A stretch of 64,000 nt of DNA, from NCBI RefSeq assembly GCF_018977255.1, contig NW_024704742.1, positions 113,028,001 through 113,092,000 of the forward strand. The letters run 5' to 3'. Numbering within the stretch: position 1 is the stretch's first letter; every line of letters starts with the position of its first letter. Shown in pieces: positions 62,429 through 64,000 of the stretch. The DNA comes from Callorhinchus milii. Taxonomy: Eukaryota. The notes under the pieces were generated by a model. It was not told the origin of the DNA and ran no database searches. It saw nothing but the letters and a program-made list of their open reading frames with translations. A program made the translations under genes and the position numbers.

Positions 62429-64000
62429 GAAGGGTAGATATAAGGAGGCTGGAGAGGAAAGAATTGGAAATGTCTAACCTCAAGGGGTGTGAGTTGCTAC
62501 AAAGGAGTGGGTAATGTAGAAAATTAAGAAGGTAAAGTTGGAGATGGAAGAATGTATTTTTCGTTGAGAAGTAAATTCAGGGTTTGAAACAGAACTGAGT
62601 GTTATTATCCATCTCTGTGGAAAACCTGGACACAATTCAGGCCATTCTGTCTGTGTAAATAAAACTAAATAGAACTGATCTTTAAATACCACCTTATATC
62701 TGAAGACAGATGCCTAATCATTTGTTAGTAAAGCTCCAGTACAGAATTCCTACATACAGGGTTTTCTTTGAAATTTGATAAATTGATTCAACCAGCAACA
62801 ACCCTCTGGCCTCTAATTCAAATTTCTCTGTTTGCAATGTGTATAATTTTTCTCCATTAATGCAAACCACAATCAATATTTGAGCAACTTCTTTCTCTCA
62901 TATTAGAATGTTGTTGTTGAGTTATTCACATTGCTGGGGATTTTTTCCACAGAAAATACAAAGGCAGAACAATTTGTAACCTAATTTAAAATCATTGCAA
63001 GCATATCGGCAAAAATTGAAGTGACTGCATTTAAATAATGAAGACAAATTGGATACAGGACTGAGAAAAAAAGAGGGAGATATCAGAATCCACTAAAGTC
63101 CTTTTTGGTAGTCTGATAAGAAAGCAATGTAAAAATGATAAGAAAAAGAGAAAATCATATAAAGTCTATCTGGAGCTGCAGCACACCAACTACCATCAAA
63201 AAGCCATGAGAAAAGTACAAATGTCTCAATAATGTGACTTACTATTGTCCTATTCACTGTTCTTTTCCTACTTGGTGTTTAATTAACATCTGCCTCCGTT
63301 ATTGAAAAAGAATATGCATTTTAATAATGCTGACAGCCTGCTCAGAAGGTTAGGAGATGACTTTCATTGTTATAACTAAATTAAGCAGCATTCCACTCTC
63401 AAGTGAATCATGCTTTGAAATTTCTGGGAGCGAGAATACCAGGGTACAAATTATATACACGGAAGTTAATTACGGGTTCACTGCAGTCATGACTTCAATA
63501 GAATGATGTGCCACTCTCCCTGAATCTCACTGAGATAAAACAAATGGAAAGAAATCAGAGATTAGATAAGAATATACACTGCAACACATTCACCAAAAGA
63601 TATTCAATTGATGAAACAGATGAACTAACCAGAGAAGAAGGATCACTGAATATCGAAATGGAATCAAATTAATGTTTTTGGAACATATAATGCAAAAGGG
63701 GTGAGTCATGTACCAAGGATTCACTGGATAAATTGATCAATAGCAATCTGGTTATCCCCTTCGGAATAAGCAATAAAACATTTTCTAAATTATTGTGAAT
63801 TCAGAGAATATTCATATATTTTGAGTTTAATTTTGATAATGCAACTTAATCAATTTAAGAACAAGAGACACAGTGTTCCATTGTGTTTGTTAAATGTAGT
63901 GTAAACCCCAATTAAAGTGCACAATAAATTTACTGCAATACGCAAATGGTTTTGAATAGCCACTGAAGTTTTCAGTAAAGTGAAAATAAATTTTTTAAAA

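Overview
This is eukaryotic, repeat-dense vertebrate DNA with no intact protein-coding ORF. Nearly all long ORFs in the six-frame track are decayed retrotransposon ORF2 fragments or their antisense shadows. The repeat complement is L2 LINEs with (TTG)n tails, CR1 LINEs, Deu-domain SINEs, a young tRNA-Ala-headed SINE and Penelope-like elements. This points to a cartilaginous fish, most likely a holocephalan such as Callorhinchus; that assignment is an inference from recalled repeat families. The window reads as a large intron or intergenic region with heavily nested insertions. Unique-sequence islands contain a few candidate small exons (an ATG exon at 3784-3882, a 29-nt microexon at 6128-6156, and a duplicated 69-nt exon-like unit at 21028-21096 and 25752-25820) and two promoter-like patches (about 1340-1435 and 34920-35125); I cannot name the host gene. 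The most notable observations are: a TSD-flanked Penelope-derived hairpin unit with hammerhead-like motifs; a chimeric SINE whose 3' stem-loop covaries with the L2 tail; numerous ~60-nt L2 stem-loop-only insertions; two duplicated exon-like cassettes; and an unclassified ~550-bp dispersed repeat. I see no convincing evidence of a new protein-coding system. Repeat boundaries are read by eye and are approximate (about +/-20 nt) unless a TSD, TIR or splice site is quoted.
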